A stretch of DNA of 64,000 bases, taken from assembly GCA_965219455.1 (NCBI GenBank), contig OZ244744.1, forward strand, positions 1,120,001-1,184,000. Direction: 5' to 3'. Of the stretch, positions 51,150 to 61,800 are shown piece by piece. Numbering within the stretch: the first letter of the stretch is position 1; the number at the start of each line of letters is the position of its first letter. A program made the position numbers and the translations under genes. The notes under the pieces were generated by a model. It ran no database searches and was not told where the DNA came from. It saw only the letters and a list, made by a program, of their open reading frames with translations. Source of the stretch: Candidatus Latescibacterota bacterium. GTDB taxonomy: Bacteria > Latescibacterota > UBA2968 > GCA-2709665.

Positions 51150-52334
51150 ATGGCGCATCTATCCCTCTTCTTCGCTCTAGTCATCGCCGCCGCGCCCGCC
51201 CTCGCGGCAGACATGGGACCCAACGACGTTCGGGCTTTCGACACGCCCAACGACCAGGGATACAGCATCACGCTCACCTGGCGGCGGATTGACTTCCTGC
51301 CGGACAGCGCGCGCTATCGCATCAGCGTCTCCGAATCGGTGGACGGCCCCTTCTATGACGTCGCGGAACTGGATCCGAAAACGGCTCCGACGATGGCCGA
51401 AGAGCCGGCCACGTTCGGCAGGGGGAAAGAGAGCCGCAATCGTCACTTCGTCCATATCGATTCCTACCTCGTTCCGGACAGACTCGACCGGATCAGGCTC
51501 GAAAACAACCGGCCCTACTTCATTCGCCTCGAAATCCACGGTGTGGGCCATACCGTTGTCGAGGTGCAGGCCCACGGCAACTATTTCAACTGGACCAAGC
51601 TCAATAATTTCGTATTGGCCGCGCTCTTCTCCATTATGATCCTCTTCTATATCCGAGTTGCCCGCCGCAAGAAACTCTACATCCGGCGGCTGGCCGGCCT
51701 GGACGCCCTGGACGAAGCTCTCGGCCGGGCAACCGAAATGGGAAAACCGGTGCTTTTCATCCACGGCCTGCAGGATATGGGCAGCCCCTCCACCATTGCC
51801 GCCGTGAACATTCTCGGCCAGGTGGCAAAAAGAACCGCCGAATACGATACCCAGCTCAAGGTGGGCAACCGGGATCCGATTGTTATGTCCGTGAGCCAGG
51901 AAGTGGTCAAGGAATCCTGCATCGAAGCCGGGCGGCCGGACGCGTTCAACCCGGACAATGTCTTTCTGGCGGCTGCGGATCAGTTCAGCTACGCGGCCGC
52001 GCTGGACGGCCTGATGGTGCGGGAGAAGCCGGCGGCCAATCTTCTGATAGGTTATTTCTACGCCGAAGCTCTGCTCCTGGCGGAAACCGGCTCCACGACC
52101 GGCGCCATTCAGATCGCCGCGACCGATGCCTATACGCAGCTTCCGTTCTTTATCACGACCTGCGACTATACCCTGATGGGGGAGGAACTCTACGCCGCCA
52201 GCGCCTATCTTTCCAGAGATCCCAAACTTCTGGGAAGCCTGAAGGGACAGGACCTGGGGAAAGGCATCCTGATCCTTATTCTGGCGCTCGGTTCTTTACT
52301 GGCGAGCATCGGCTTTTGGCCGATCCTGGGCTGA
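51150..52334 (+). CDS. DUF6754-like membrane protein with signal peptide and Fn3-like N-terminal domain
   Basis: AFDTPNDQG.SITLTW, IRRLAGLDALDEALGRATEMGKP and GEELYAASAYL motifs. Confidence 0.8.
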   Translation: MAHLSLFFALVIAAAPALAADMGPNDVRAFDTPNDQGYSITLTWRRIDFLPDSARYRISVSESVDGPFYDVAELDPKTAPTMAEEPATFGRGKESRNRHFVHIDSYLVPDRLDRIRLENNRPYFIRLEIHGVGHTVVEVQAHGNYFNWTKLNNFVLAALFSIMILFYIRVARRKKLYIRRLAGLDALDEALGRATEMGKPVLFIHGLQDMGSPSTIAAVNILGQVAKRTAEYDTQLKVGNRDPIVMSVSQEVVKESCIEAGRPDAFNPDNVFLAAADQFSYAAALDGLMVREKPAANLLIGYFYAEALLLAETGSTTGAIQIAATDAYTQLPFFITTCDYTLMGEELYAASAYLSRDPKLLGSLKGQDLGKGILILILALGSLLASIGFWPILG

Positions 52335-52360
52335 CGACGTTGGTAAAGCGTCGACGTCTC

Positions 52361-52487
52361 AGTGTTCTTTCCAAAAAATACGTCACCAATCATCCGCCTG
52401 TGTGCGTGCAGGTCTTCCGCACAGGCAGGCCGGTTCATCCCGTCTCGGCGGCCGAATTCAGGCAATCCATTTCCGGGACAGAACACC
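52361..52487. mobile_element. MITE-like element, family 1 copy B (inverted)
   Basis: Reverse complement matches 41841-42005 (GTGTTCTGTCCCGGAAAT..TTGCCTGAATTCGGCCG...GAGACGGGATGAA...TGGTGA.GTATTTTT). Confidence 0.8.
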
Positions 52488-52515
52488 AGCCGCCATTTCG
52501 CACGGAGAAAACCGA

Positions 52516-53172
52516 ATGTATTTCCTGCAACGCACCCTGCCTCTGCTCGTGGCCTTTGTAGCAGGTGTCATCGGCATTTTCACCTACTATATTCCGGTTG
52601 CCCAGCCGGTTGAGATCACAACCTCCACCTGGTACCGGATCATCGCAGCCTTCGCCCTGTTCCTGGGCATCCACAGCCTGTTGCAGATGCATTGGAACCG
52701 GGTCAAACGCAAACAGGCCGGGTGGGCCTTCAGCGCAGTTGTTTACATAGGTTTTATCGTCACAGCCATCCTGGCCCTCTACAACAATGGTCGGGGACCC
52801 CTGCAGCCATTGGCGCAGGGCGACGGCCTGGATCTGAACTGGATGTATACCCACATCCACGTGGCCGGCGGGGCCACGATGTTCTCTCTCCTCGCCTTCT
52901 TTATCGCTTCCGCCGCCTACCGCACGTTTCGCGCCCGGTCGGCCGAGGCCGCTGTACTCCTTGTTGCAGCCGTGCTCGTCATGCTGGGCCGGGTACCCAT
53001 CGGCGCGCTCATCTCGGAACACCTCCCGACCGTCTCCCAATGGCTGATGGCCACACCCAACCTGGCCGCCCGCCGCGGCATCCTGCTGGGCGTGAGCCTC
53101 GGCGCCATCGCCACGGCCCTGCGCATCATCTTCGGCATCGAACGATCCTATCTCGGAGAGGAAGGAAAATGA
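52516..53172 (+). CDS. Hypothetical multi-TM membrane protein
   Basis: ATMFSLLAFFIASAAYRTFRAR; GGAG RBS; ATGA overlap with the next gene. Confidence 0.8.
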   Translation: MYFLQRTLPLLVAFVAGVIGIFTYYIPVAQPVEITTSTWYRIIAAFALFLGIHSLLQMHWNRVKRKQAGWAFSAVVYIGFIVTAILALYNNGRGPLQPLAQGDGLDLNWMYTHIHVAGGATMFSLLAFFIASAAYRTFRARSAEAAVLLVAAVLVMLGRVPIGALISEHLPTVSQWLMATPNLAARRGILLGVSLGAIATALRIIFGIERSYLGEEGK

Positions 53173-53996
53173 TCGAGCGCCTTCTGAACATCGACCGCCG
53201 CATCGTCTACCTTGCCGTCTTTCTGGCTGTATGCATTCCTCTGCTTATTGGCTTCGAACTGCCGATCAAAGCAACACCCAACGTCCGCGCCGTCTACGAC
53301 ACCGTGGATAGCCTGGCCGGAAAACCGGATGCCGTCGTACTCATCTCCTTCGACTACGGCCCCAGCTCACAGCCGGAACTCCAGCCCATGGCCCTGGCCA
53401 TTCTGCGCCACTGCTTCAGCCGGAATATCCGGGTGGTGGGCGTGACCCTTATCACCGAAGCCGTGGGGCTGGCGATGCAGGCTTTTGAGACGGCGGCGGC
53501 GGAATACGGCCGGGTTAACGGTACGGACTATGCATTTCTCGGTTTCAAGGCCGGCGGTCCGATCCTGATCCTGAGCATGGGGCAGGATCTGCACGGCGCA
53601 TTTCCCGAAGACATCCGGGGTGTTGCCGCCACCGAAATGCCCCTCACCCGCAATCTGCGCTCGCTGAAGGATTTTGATTACGTGATTGACCTGGCCGCCG
53701 GGTTTCCCGGCGTCGACGAATGGATCGCGTACGGGCAGGAACGATACCGGTTCCCCCTCGGCGCCGGATGTACCGCCGTGATGGCGCCGGATTTCTTTCC
53801 CTTTCTTCAGTCCCGGCAGCTCAACGGTCTCATCGGCGGGCTCGCGGGCGCCGCGGAATACGAAGCCCTGGTGGGCAAGCGAGCGCTGGCTGTCAGCGGC
53901 ATGCGCCCCCAATCCGTCGCCCATATGGTCATCATCGGGTTTATCCTGCTCGGCAACGTCGTCTACTTTTTGCATCGCGGCGCCTCACGCTCGTAA
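53169..53996 (+). CDS. Hypothetical membrane-anchored protein
   Basis: IDRRIVY, SFDYGP...ELQPM and GLIGGLAGAAEYE motifs; TM segments at both ends. Confidence 0.8.
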   Translation: MIERLLNIDRRIVYLAVFLAVCIPLLIGFELPIKATPNVRAVYDTVDSLAGKPDAVVLISFDYGPSSQPELQPMALAILRHCFSRNIRVVGVTLITEAVGLAMQAFETAAAEYGRVNGTDYAFLGFKAGGPILILSMGQDLHGAFPEDIRGVAATEMPLTRNLRSLKDFDYVIDLAAGFPGVDEWIAYGQERYRFPLGAGCTAVMAPDFFPFLQSRQLNGLIGGLAGAAEYEALVGKRALAVSGMRPQSVAHMVIIGFILLGNVVYFLHRGASRS

Positions 53997-54212
53997 GAAG
54001 CTGTTTTAAAATTTCCGGTGAGTTCCCGCCGAGCGCGAGCGAAAAAGTGGCGGTTATGAGGCGCGAGGGGCGCGCAGCGCCGGCGGGAGAATCCGGCTAT
54101 GAGAGGCGAGCGAGCGCAGCCTCGACCTCGTAGGACGGGTGGGTTTGACCAACGCCGACCGGCGCTTTTGCAGCCGCGCGAAGACCGCTGGGGATTTTAA
54201 AACAACTTCTAA
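53994..54212. mobile_element. MITE-like element, family 2
   Basis: AT-rich terminal inverted repeats AGAAGCTGTTTTAAAAT / ATTTTAAAACAACTTCT around a noncoding GC-rich core. Confidence 0.75.
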
Positions 54213-54224
54213 AGGGACACCGGC

Positions 54225-54968
54225 ATGGACAGAGAACGCATCGTCTTCCCGATCTTCATTCTGCTTTTTGCGGCGGTAAACGGGTATCTGCTGGCCGTCG
54301 GCGACCTGGATCAAAGCTGGTCGGGGTTCGGGATTATCCTTGCCGCAGGTGTCACGCTCGCCCTTTACAGTTTTTTGTATAGGGACAATCCGCTCTTTAA
54401 GCTGGCCGAGCATCTCTACGTCGGCGTTGTTGCCGCGTACGAACTCGCTCTGGTCTGGTATCAGAGCATCCTGTTGGACGTCATCAACCCCCTCTTCCGT
54501 CCGCCTCCCGGGGCAGGCGTCAAATGGTGGGTGATCGTTCCCACCTGCCTCGGTCTATTTCTGATGACCCGTTTATTCGGCCGGGCGGTCTGGCTCAGCC
54601 GCATCTCCTTTGCCTTTTTCGTTGGGCTCGGCGCCGGCCTGGCCATCCCCCGGCGCGTCGCCTCCTTCGTCATCGAGCAGATCGAACCCACAATCCTTCC
54701 GTTTTCGAAGGCATCGACGGACTTCGGATGGGCTGTACTGAACCCGGCGATCATCCTGATCGGCGTGTTGAGTGTACTCATTTACTTCTATTTCTCCGTC
54801 GAGCATAAGGGTGTTGTGGGCGGAATCTCCAGAGTAGGCATCTGGTTCCTCATGGTCTCATTCGGCGCTTCTTTCGGTTATACCGTGATGGCGCGCATTT
54901 CTCTGCTCATCGGCCGCGTGAATTTTCTCCTGGAAGACTGGCTGAACCTGAATCCGCCGCTTTTCTGA
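54225..54968 (+). CDS. Hypothetical multi-TM membrane protein
   Basis: [20 protein letters not shown] and [21 protein letters not shown] motifs. Confidence 0.8.
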   Translation: MDRERIVFPIFILLFAAVNGYLLAVGDLDQSWSGFGIILAAGVTLALYSFLYRDNPLFKLAEHLYVGVVAAYELALVWYQSILLDVINPLFRPPPGAGVKWWVIVPTCLGLFLMTRLFGRAVWLSRISFAFFVGLGAGLAIPRRVASFVIEQIEPTILPFSKASTDFGWAVLNPAIILIGVLSVLIYFYFSVEHKGVVGGISRVGIWFLMVSFGASFGYTVMARISLLIGRVNFLLEDWLNLNPPLF

Positions 54969-55071
54969 TCCGGCGGAACCAGTTGATTTCCCATCAGATG
55001 CGTCCCATTCGGATCCGCGCATTTGCCCGGTTCGCGGCGCATTTGGAAACATTCAACATAGGGTCGGCACT

Positions 55072-56070
55072 ATGTCGGAACCTATTTTGACCGTTGAAGA
55101 TCTAAGAACGTACTTCCATACGGACGGCGGGGTCGCCAAAGCCGTGGATGGGGTCTCCTTCACTCTGAACAAAGGGGAAACCCTGGGCCTGGTGGGAGAG
55201 TCCGGATGCGGCAAGAGCGTCACGTCTCTGTCGATTATGCGTCTGATACCCGAACCACCGGGTGAAATCGTCTCCGGTCAGATCCGGTTCAACGGACGGA
55301 ATCTTCTGAGTCTGGAAGAAAGGGCGCTCCAGGGGGTAAGAGGCAACGACATCGCGATGATTTTCCAGGAGCCGATGACCAGCCTCAACCCTGTCTTCAC
55401 CTGCGGAGACCAGATTGACGAAGCCGTTATGCTCCACCAGCGTCTTGGCAGGCGCGCCGCCCGGGCCAAGACCGTGGACATGCTCGATCTGGTCGGCATT
55501 CCGGATCCCGGGCAACGGGCAAACGAGTATCCTCACCAGCTTTCCGGCGGCATGCGCCAGCGGATAATGATTGCCATGGCCCTCTCCTGCAATCCGGAAC
55601 TGCTCATTGCCGACGAGCCCACCACGGCGCTGGACGTGACCATTCAGGCCCAGATTCTGGAACTTCTGGACCGGCTTCAGAGAGAATTGGGGATGGCCGT
55701 CCTGATGATTACCCACGACCTCGGCGTCATCGCGGAAGTTGCCGACCGCGTGGCGGTCATGTACGCCGGAAAGATCGTGGAAACCGGAACGGTGGATGAA
55801 ATCTTCGCCGACCCCCGGCATCCCTACACGAGAGGATTGCTGGAATCCATTCCCACACTCAACGAAGAGAAAAGCCGGCTATCCGTTATCCCGGGCACCG
55901 TGCCCGACGCGACTCGTTTTCCCGCCGGATGCCGATTTGCACCCCGGTGTTCGCTGGCGGAGAACATATGTGAAGCGAACGAGCCGCTCCTGGAACCGAC
56001 CGCCTGCAACCGCCACGTGGCCTGCTGGATGGTCGAAGATTATCCTTCTTCGATGACGCGATCGGATTGA
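55072..56070 (+). CDS. Peptide ABC transporter ATP-binding protein (OppD/DppD-like)
   Basis: [25 protein letters not shown] and C-terminal Cys-containing domain. Confidence 0.95.
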   Translation: MSEPILTVEDLRTYFHTDGGVAKAVDGVSFTLNKGETLGLVGESGCGKSVTSLSIMRLIPEPPGEIVSGQIRFNGRNLLSLEERALQGVRGNDIAMIFQEPMTSLNPVFTCGDQIDEAVMLHQRLGRRAARAKTVDMLDLVGIPDPGQRANEYPHQLSGGMRQRIMIAMALSCNPELLIADEPTTALDVTIQAQILELLDRLQRELGMAVLMITHDLGVIAEVADRVAVMYAGKIVETGTVDEIFADPRHPYTRGLLESIPTLNEEKSRLSVIPGTVPDATRFPAGCRFAPRCSLAENICEANEPLLEPTACNRHVACWMVEDYPSSMTRSD

Positions 56071-56071
56071 C

Positions 56072-57061
56072 ATGTCCAAACCACTGCTCGAAGTCCACGG
56101 GCTTAAAAAACACTTCCCCATCACCCGCGGGATTTTCTCCCGGACGGTCGGCTACGTAAAGGCCGTAGACGGGGTTTCGTTCACCGTTCGCCGGGGCGAA
56201 ACCCTGGGTCTGGTGGGAGAATCCGGATGCGGCAAAACCACCGCCGGAAGAACGATCCTCCGGCTCATCGAGGCCACCGAGGGTCGCGTACTGTTCAATG
56301 GCGTTGACGTCTTCGGCCTTAACGGCTCCGAACTTCGCGCCGTACGGCGCCGTATGCAGATCATATTCCAGGACCCCTACAGTTCGCTGAACCCCCGTAT
56401 GACCGTGGGGGGAATGCTGGCCGAAGCGCTGAAAATCCACAAACTCACCGATGGAAGCGATACGCGGGAGAGGGTTTCCGAACTCCTCGACACCGTGGGC
56501 CTCCGACCGGACTATGCCCGCCGGTATCCCCACGAATTCAGCGGGGGCCAGCGTCAACGCATCGGCATTGCGCGGGCGCTGGCGGTGAATCCGGAATTTA
56601 TCGTTGCGGACGAACCCGTTTCCGCCCTGGACGTTTCGATTCAAGCCCAGATCATCAATCTTCTCCAGGATCTTCAGGGCCGGTTCGGCCTCACCTTCCT
56701 CTTCGTCGCGCACGATCTGAGCGTTGTCAAACACATTTCCAACCGAATCGCGGTGATGTACCTCGGGCGTATCGTGGAAATCGCCGACAGCCGTACCCTC
56801 TGCAGCGATCCGCAACATCCGTATACCCGGGCGCTGCTCTCGGCCGTTCCCGAGCCGAATCCGCGTGTCAAGAAGCAACGCACGGTACTCACCGGCGACG
56901 TACCCAGCCCGGCCAATGTTCCTTCCGGCTGCCCCTTTCATCCGCGCTGCCCCGAGCGTGAAGACGCATGCACAAAGATCGTGCCGGAACTGCTTGAAAT
57001 TAATGGGAACCACAGCGTCGCGTGCATTCTGCGGACACGGCAACACCTCCCAACCGCCTGA
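56072..57061 (+). CDS. Peptide ABC transporter ATP-binding protein (OppF/DppF-like)
   Basis: [16 protein letters not shown] and ADEPVSALD motifs. Confidence 0.95.
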   Translation: MSKPLLEVHGLKKHFPITRGIFSRTVGYVKAVDGVSFTVRRGETLGLVGESGCGKTTAGRTILRLIEATEGRVLFNGVDVFGLNGSELRAVRRRMQIIFQDPYSSLNPRMTVGGMLAEALKIHKLTDGSDTRERVSELLDTVGLRPDYARRYPHEFSGGQRQRIGIARALAVNPEFIVADEPVSALDVSIQAQIINLLQDLQGRFGLTFLFVAHDLSVVKHISNRIAVMYLGRIVEIADSRTLCSDPQHPYTRALLSAVPEPNPRVKKQRTVLTGDVPSPANVPSGCPFHPRCPEREDACTKIVPELLEINGNHSVACILRTRQHLPTA

Positions 57062-57220
57062 TTTTGGAACTGTTCGTTGTCTTTGGACGTCTATTTATAT
57101 ATTTTATAGCCGAACCGCGACCGGCGTGCGCACGACGAGGTTGTTCACCCGCGCCCAGGCGCAACGTCCAGCTTCCCGACGGCCGTCCAATCCAACCACC
57201 GAAGTCCAGGAGAAGCAATT

Positions 57221-60200
57221 GTGACCCGATCCACGATCCTTTCCATCAGCATTTTCAGCGCGGTTTTAATCACTGTTTCGTCCGGTGTGCCATTCCCTAC
57301 CGACGCCCAGCAGATCCCCAGAAGGTTCAAACAGGGTCCAAACGTGGACATTGCCGACGTGCCTTTGAACCGCACCATGCCCGATTACACATGGGAAAGG
57401 CACGAGCGTCATTTCTTCCCGGCCCTGCTCGGCCTTCACGTGCCAGGCGCCCGTGCAATCCGCACCAGGTACTTCTCCATCTACTACGCGGAGGCGGAGA
57501 ATACGGCCCGTCGCATCGCGGAAATTGCGGACGATACCTTTGAGAAGATTTCCCGCCACTACCCGGGTTCCATAGAACGCTACGCCCCGATTCACGTGGT
57601 CGTTTCCGATATAGACATTCTGGGCAACGCCTCTTCCTTCTACCTGGGCAATATCATTTCGTTCGGGGCCACGCCCCTCAACTGGGACTCGCGAGGTACC
57701 CACGATTGGGTGCGCGACGTCTTCACCCACGAACTCACCCACCACATCACGCTCAAATCCTCGCACAACAGCCTTCCCTTTGTATTCGGCCTGCTGGGGA
57801 GCAGCCGTTCCAACCAGAATCCGGACTTCGGCTTCTTTCTGCCCCTTTACCACTCCGCGATGCCGAACTGGTACGCCGAGGGCATCGCCCAGTTCGAATC
57901 CAGAAAGTACGGGGGAGACCTCTGGGATACCCACCGGGATATGCTCCTGCGGATGGCCACGCTTGAAGACGACCTGCTTTCCTATACGAACATGGGCGTG
58001 TTCGGAAAGGACGGCTTCAAGTCGGAACAGGTCTACAACCAGGGCTATGCCTTCCTGAATTACCTGGCCGACACCTACGGTCCGGACTCGGTACGCGCCA
58101 TGTCCCGTGACCGGCCCATTTTCAACTTCAAATCCGCCGTCAAGAAGAGTACCGGGATTTCCGCACCCACGTTGTACGACGAATGGACCGAACATCTCGA
58201 TACCAAATACGGCGCCCTGGCCGATTCCATCCGTGCTTCGGGAGAGCGGGAGGGCGAACTGCTCTCCGACCGGGGCGACGTGGAACACTTCCCCACGTAC
58301 TCACCCGACGGCACGAAAATGGCATTCATCAGCAACGAGGGTAGCGACTACGCGATTATGGAAATGCTGGTGTTGGATCTGACCACGCGAAAATTGACGA
58401 AGGTGGCCAGAAGCCGAAAATACGGGAAATACGTCAACCTGCCCTTCTCCTGGACACCCGACGGAAACAGCCTTGTATATAGCAAATCCACAGGGGGCAA
58501 CTGGGACATCTTCATATACGATCTCATCACGCGAAAGGAGCGTCGGCTCACCGTCGGCCTGAGAGGAAGAGACCCCGCGGTGTCTCCCGACGGCACGAAG
58601 ATCGCCTTCGTGGGCAATCGGGACGGGACCTCCAACCTGGGCATTGTGAACATCGATGGCACAGAGGTTCGCTATCTGACCAACAACAACAACGGCACGC
58701 AATATTACACGCCCCGGTGGTCGGAGGACGGCAGCAGACTCCTTTTCAGCATCTTCCGCGGGGAAGACCGGGACATTGCCGTCATCAATACGGATGCCAC
58801 GCCGCGACCGAAAAAAACCGATAAGAAGAAGACCGAGAGAGCCGAGTTGGCCGAGCGCATCGCCGCAAGGAAGAAAGCCGAAACCGGGGTGGACAGCGCC
58901 CGGGCGGAGGCGGACAGCCTCGCGCTGGCCGAAGCCGCCAGTCGGGACAGCATGGTCGCCTTTCCCGACAGCCTGGCCTATGCCAACAACGCGGGCTTCG
59001 AGGTGATCGTCAATACCCAAGCCGATGAACGCGACGCGGTCTGGCGGCCCGGCGGCGGAGGTATCGTGTACGCATCCGACCGGACGGGCATCTTCAACGT
59101 CTACGCCCGTGACCTCGCGACGGGCAGGCAGGAACAGCTCACGAATGTCATCGGCGGCGCCTTTTCGCCCTCGGTCTCGCCCAGTGGCGACGAGATCCTT
59201 TACTCCGGCTACCACGCCGCGAATTACAACATCTACCGCGTCCGGAAATCCAGTGCCGTGGCGGCTGCGCCGGCAGATTCTCTGGTGCGGGACTATCGCA
59301 GTATATACAAAGGCAAAAAAATCGGTGACCTGTTCAAAACCGGCCGGTACGTCCCTCGTCTGGCCTCCATCGGCGTCGTGCCCATCGTCGTGCTGGGACC
59401 GACCTTTATTGGCAACCGGTTCGGCCTGGATCAGCTCAGTATGGGCGCCGAAGCCGCATGGGGAGACCTCCTGGGGAGCGACAATATCTACGCCGGCTTC
59501 ACGGTGGGCAAGAATCTGAAGAAAGGCGTGGATCTCAACTCGAATTTCTCCGCGTTCTATACAAAAGGCCTGCCCGCCGTCCACACCGAAGACCGGACAT
59601 ACGCACCGAGGTTTTTCATTGGCGCCAGCCAACAGACCATCAACAGCGAGATCAATCGAGGTATCGTGAACTCCCGCCGGGACACCACCTCGGGCACGTT
59701 GCAGATGGTGATCGACGACACACTCCGGCTGGTGCCGGGGGTCACCAGTTTTACCAACCTCTCGCTCACCCAGGAAGACAGGTACAAGAACCTGTTCAGC
59801 GATTTTGTGGTCGGCGTTGAAACGAGCATCGGCAGGCGACAGGTGCTTTCCATGACCTACGGCCGTCGGCAGTACAAGGAGAGCACCCACACGAGACAGG
59901 TCATCCTGGACAGCACGAGGCTGGTTCAGAACAGAAGCGGCGTCATTACCGATATTACCGACCAGATTCCCGGCCTGGGCGAAGATGAGGTTGTATTCGA
60001 CGATTTCCTCTACCGGGATCTCAGCTTTTTCAAAAGCAACGACCTCACCGTCGGATGGCGATACTTCAATTTCCTGCCCGCAAAAGATATGTTCGTGAAC
60101 CCGTCCCGGGGCAGGGCGATCACGTTGAGATACCGGCGTATCAACGCCTCCATTGCCGACTCGCTCTACCAGACCCAGTTGAATCAGGACGGCGTTGCCG

Positions 60201-60787
60201 CACCGACTTACCGGTCCGATCAGGCCAAACTGGGTATCAACGAATACGTTGTGTCCTGGAATGAATTCATCGGCCTCCCCGGTCGAGCCACACTCGCCCT
60301 ACAGGCTTTCCTCGCCTACAAAGACAAACCCATTAAGGACGTCCAGGAGAACACCACGGCCGCGGAAGGCGTATTCTATTATCCCCTGCGGTACTATCTG
60401 GGCGGAATTGGCACGCTCAGAGGATATCCGTATTTTTCCACGTCCGGCGGCAAAGCCCTGCTTGCGAGGGCCAGCCTGACTTTCCCGATATTCAAGAATG
60501 CGGCGAAAGAACTGCCGCCCTTCCATTTCGATAAAATCTACGGCACGCTCTTCGTGGAAACCGGCGCCACCGGCAATTTCAAAAGCCTGCGCGCGTTTCT
60601 CGATTCCGACGACAGGTTCAAACGCTCCGCCTTCCTGACCGACTGGGGTTTCGAGCTACGTATGCAGGTGTTCAACAACTACAGACTTCCCATGTACGGC
60701 TATTTCCAGATTGCCTTTCCCACCCGCCACCGCATTCAGGGCGTCGACATAGACAAGAGCCGCATCTACTTCGGGTTGACAATCTGA
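57221..60787 (+). CDS. Outer-membrane protein: signal peptide + gluzincin-type metallopeptidase + TolB/PD40 propeller + Omp85/BamA-like barrel
   Basis: HELTH...WYAEGIA, repeated SPDG motifs, LGGIGTLRGY and C-terminal IYFGLTI strand. Confidence 0.8.
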   Translation: MTRSTILSISIFSAVLITVSSGVPFPTDAQQIPRRFKQGPNVDIADVPLNRTMPDYTWERHERHFFPALLGLHVPGARAIRTRYFSIYYAEAENTARRIAEIADDTFEKISRHYPGSIERYAPIHVVVSDIDILGNASSFYLGNIISFGATPLNWDSRGTHDWVRDVFTHELTHHITLKSSHNSLPFVFGLLGSSRSNQNPDFGFFLPLYHSAMPNWYAEGIAQFESRKYGGDLWDTHRDMLLRMATLEDDLLSYTNMGVFGKDGFKSEQVYNQGYAFLNYLADTYGPDSVRAMSRDRPIFNFKSAVKKSTGISAPTLYDEWTEHLDTKYGALADSIRASGEREGELLSDRGDVEHFPTYSPDGTKMAFISNEGSDYAIMEMLVLDLTTRKLTKVARSRKYGKYVNLPFSWTPDGNSLVYSKSTGGNWDIFIYDLITRKERRLTVGLRGRDPAVSPDGTKIAFVGNRDGTSNLGIVNIDGTEVRYLTNNNNGTQYYTPRWSEDGSRLLFSIFRGEDRDIAVINTDATPRPKKTDKKKTERAELAERIAARKKAETGVDSARAEADSLALAEAASRDSMVAFPDSLAYANNAGFEVIVNTQADERDAVWRPGGGGIVYASDRTGIFNVYARDLATGRQEQLTNVIGGAFSPSVSPSGDEILYSGYHAANYNIYRVRKSSAVAAAPADSLVRDYRSIYKGKKIGDLFKTGRYVPRLASIGVVPIVVLGPTFIGNRFGLDQLSMGAEAAWGDLLGSDNIYAGFTVGKNLKKGVDLNSNFSAFYTKGLPAVHTEDRTYAPRFFIGASQQTINSEINRGIVNSRRDTTSGTLQMVIDDTLRLVPGVTSFTNLSLTQEDRYKNLFSDFVVGVETSIGRRQVLSMTYGRRQYKESTHTRQVILDSTRLVQNRSGVITDITDQIPGLGEDEVVFDDFLYRDLSFFKSNDLTVGWRYFNFLPAKDMFVNPSRGRAITLRYRRINASIADSLYQTQLNQDGVAAPTYRSDQAKLGINEYVVSWNEFIGLPGRATLALQAFLAYKDKPIKDVQENTTAAEGVFYYPLRYYLGGIGTLRGYPYFSTSGGKALLARASLTFPIFKNAAKELPPFHFDKIYGTLFVETGATGNFKSLRAFLDSDDRFKRSAFLTDWGFELRMQVFNNYRLPMYGYFQIAFPTRHRIQGVDIDKSRIYFGLTI

Positions 60788-60868
60788 TTTTTGTGGCGGT
60801 GCGGAAGTCCGGGATGCTTATCGCCCGGACTTTAATCCCTGCGCTCCGACCTCTGAGCCCTCACCCCT

Positions 60869-61738
60869 ATGCGTCCACTCATACAGTCCCTGCGACCGCA
60901 CCAGTGGATAAAGAGCGTGTTCGTGCTGGCCCCGCTGGTCTTTTCGGAACACTTGCTCGACGGGCGCTACCTCTTGCGCAGCGGGGGCGCATTTGTCCTC
61001 TTCTGCCTCATTTCGAGCGCCGTATACCTTCTGAACGACATTCGGGACCTCGAATCCGATCGTCGACACCCCGAAAAACGTAACCGGCCGGTTGCGGCAG
61101 GTCGGTTGGGCACCGGAGCGGCGGGGATTGCGTCCGCAGTTATCGCCCTGACGGTTCTACCGTTGGCTTTTCTGCTCAGCATCCCCTTCGGATGGATCCT
61201 GCTGGCCTATGGGCTGATGAACGTCGCCTATTCATTGTATCTGAAACACGTCGTCATCCTGGACGTGATGATCATCGCTTCGGGATACCTGTTGCGAGCC
61301 ATCGCCGGCGCCCTGGCCATCAACGTGGAGATTTCCTCGTGGCTTATCCTTTGCACCGTGTTACTGGCGCTTTTTATGGGGTTTGTCAAACGCCGTCAGG
61401 AATTGATCCTCCTGGAGTCCGGAGCGGCCGGACATCGCCGCAATCTGGATGAATACACGCCGCGGTTCCTGGACCAGATAATCGCCGTCGTGACCGCCGG
61501 CGCACTCGTTTCATACGCGCTGTACACCATGTCGCCCGACGTCGTACAGAAACTCGGAACACCGCATCTCAATCTCACCATACCCTTCGTGATCTACGGG
61601 CTTCTGCGCTACCTCTATCTGGTCTACGCGAAGAACCAGGGCGGCAATCCATCCTCAACCATTCTGGGCGATCCATCGCTGCTGATCAACGGCGGCCTCT
61701 GGTTTCTTGCCGTTTTCGCCCTGCTCTATTTCAAATAA
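60869..61738 (+). CDS. UbiA-family decaprenyl-phosphate phosphoribosyltransferase-like protein
   Basis: LRPHQWIK, YLLNDIRDLESDRRHPEKRNRP, YSLYLKH and KRRQE motifs. Confidence 0.88.
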   Translation: MRPLIQSLRPHQWIKSVFVLAPLVFSEHLLDGRYLLRSGGAFVLFCLISSAVYLLNDIRDLESDRRHPEKRNRPVAAGRLGTGAAGIASAVIALTVLPLAFLLSIPFGWILLAYGLMNVAYSLYLKHVVILDVMIIASGYLLRAIAGALAINVEISSWLILCTVLLALFMGFVKRRQELILLESGAAGHRRNLDEYTPRFLDQIIAVVTAGALVSYALYTMSPDVVQKLGTPHLNLTIPFVIYGLLRYLYLVYAKNQGGNPSSTILGDPSLLINGGLWFLAVFALLYFK

Positions 61739-61800
61739 CCGGGACCGTTCGACCGTAACCGGTCTCACCCCCTCATCACCACCGCTCGAAAGCATTCTCT

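Noticed and set aside
58301-59890. Long antisense ORFs (e.g. 529 aa here, also 45897-47144, 49929-51158 and 44150-45322)
   Set aside because: These are shadow frames opposite well-supported genes, as expected from high-GC codon bias, and contain no recognisable motifs.
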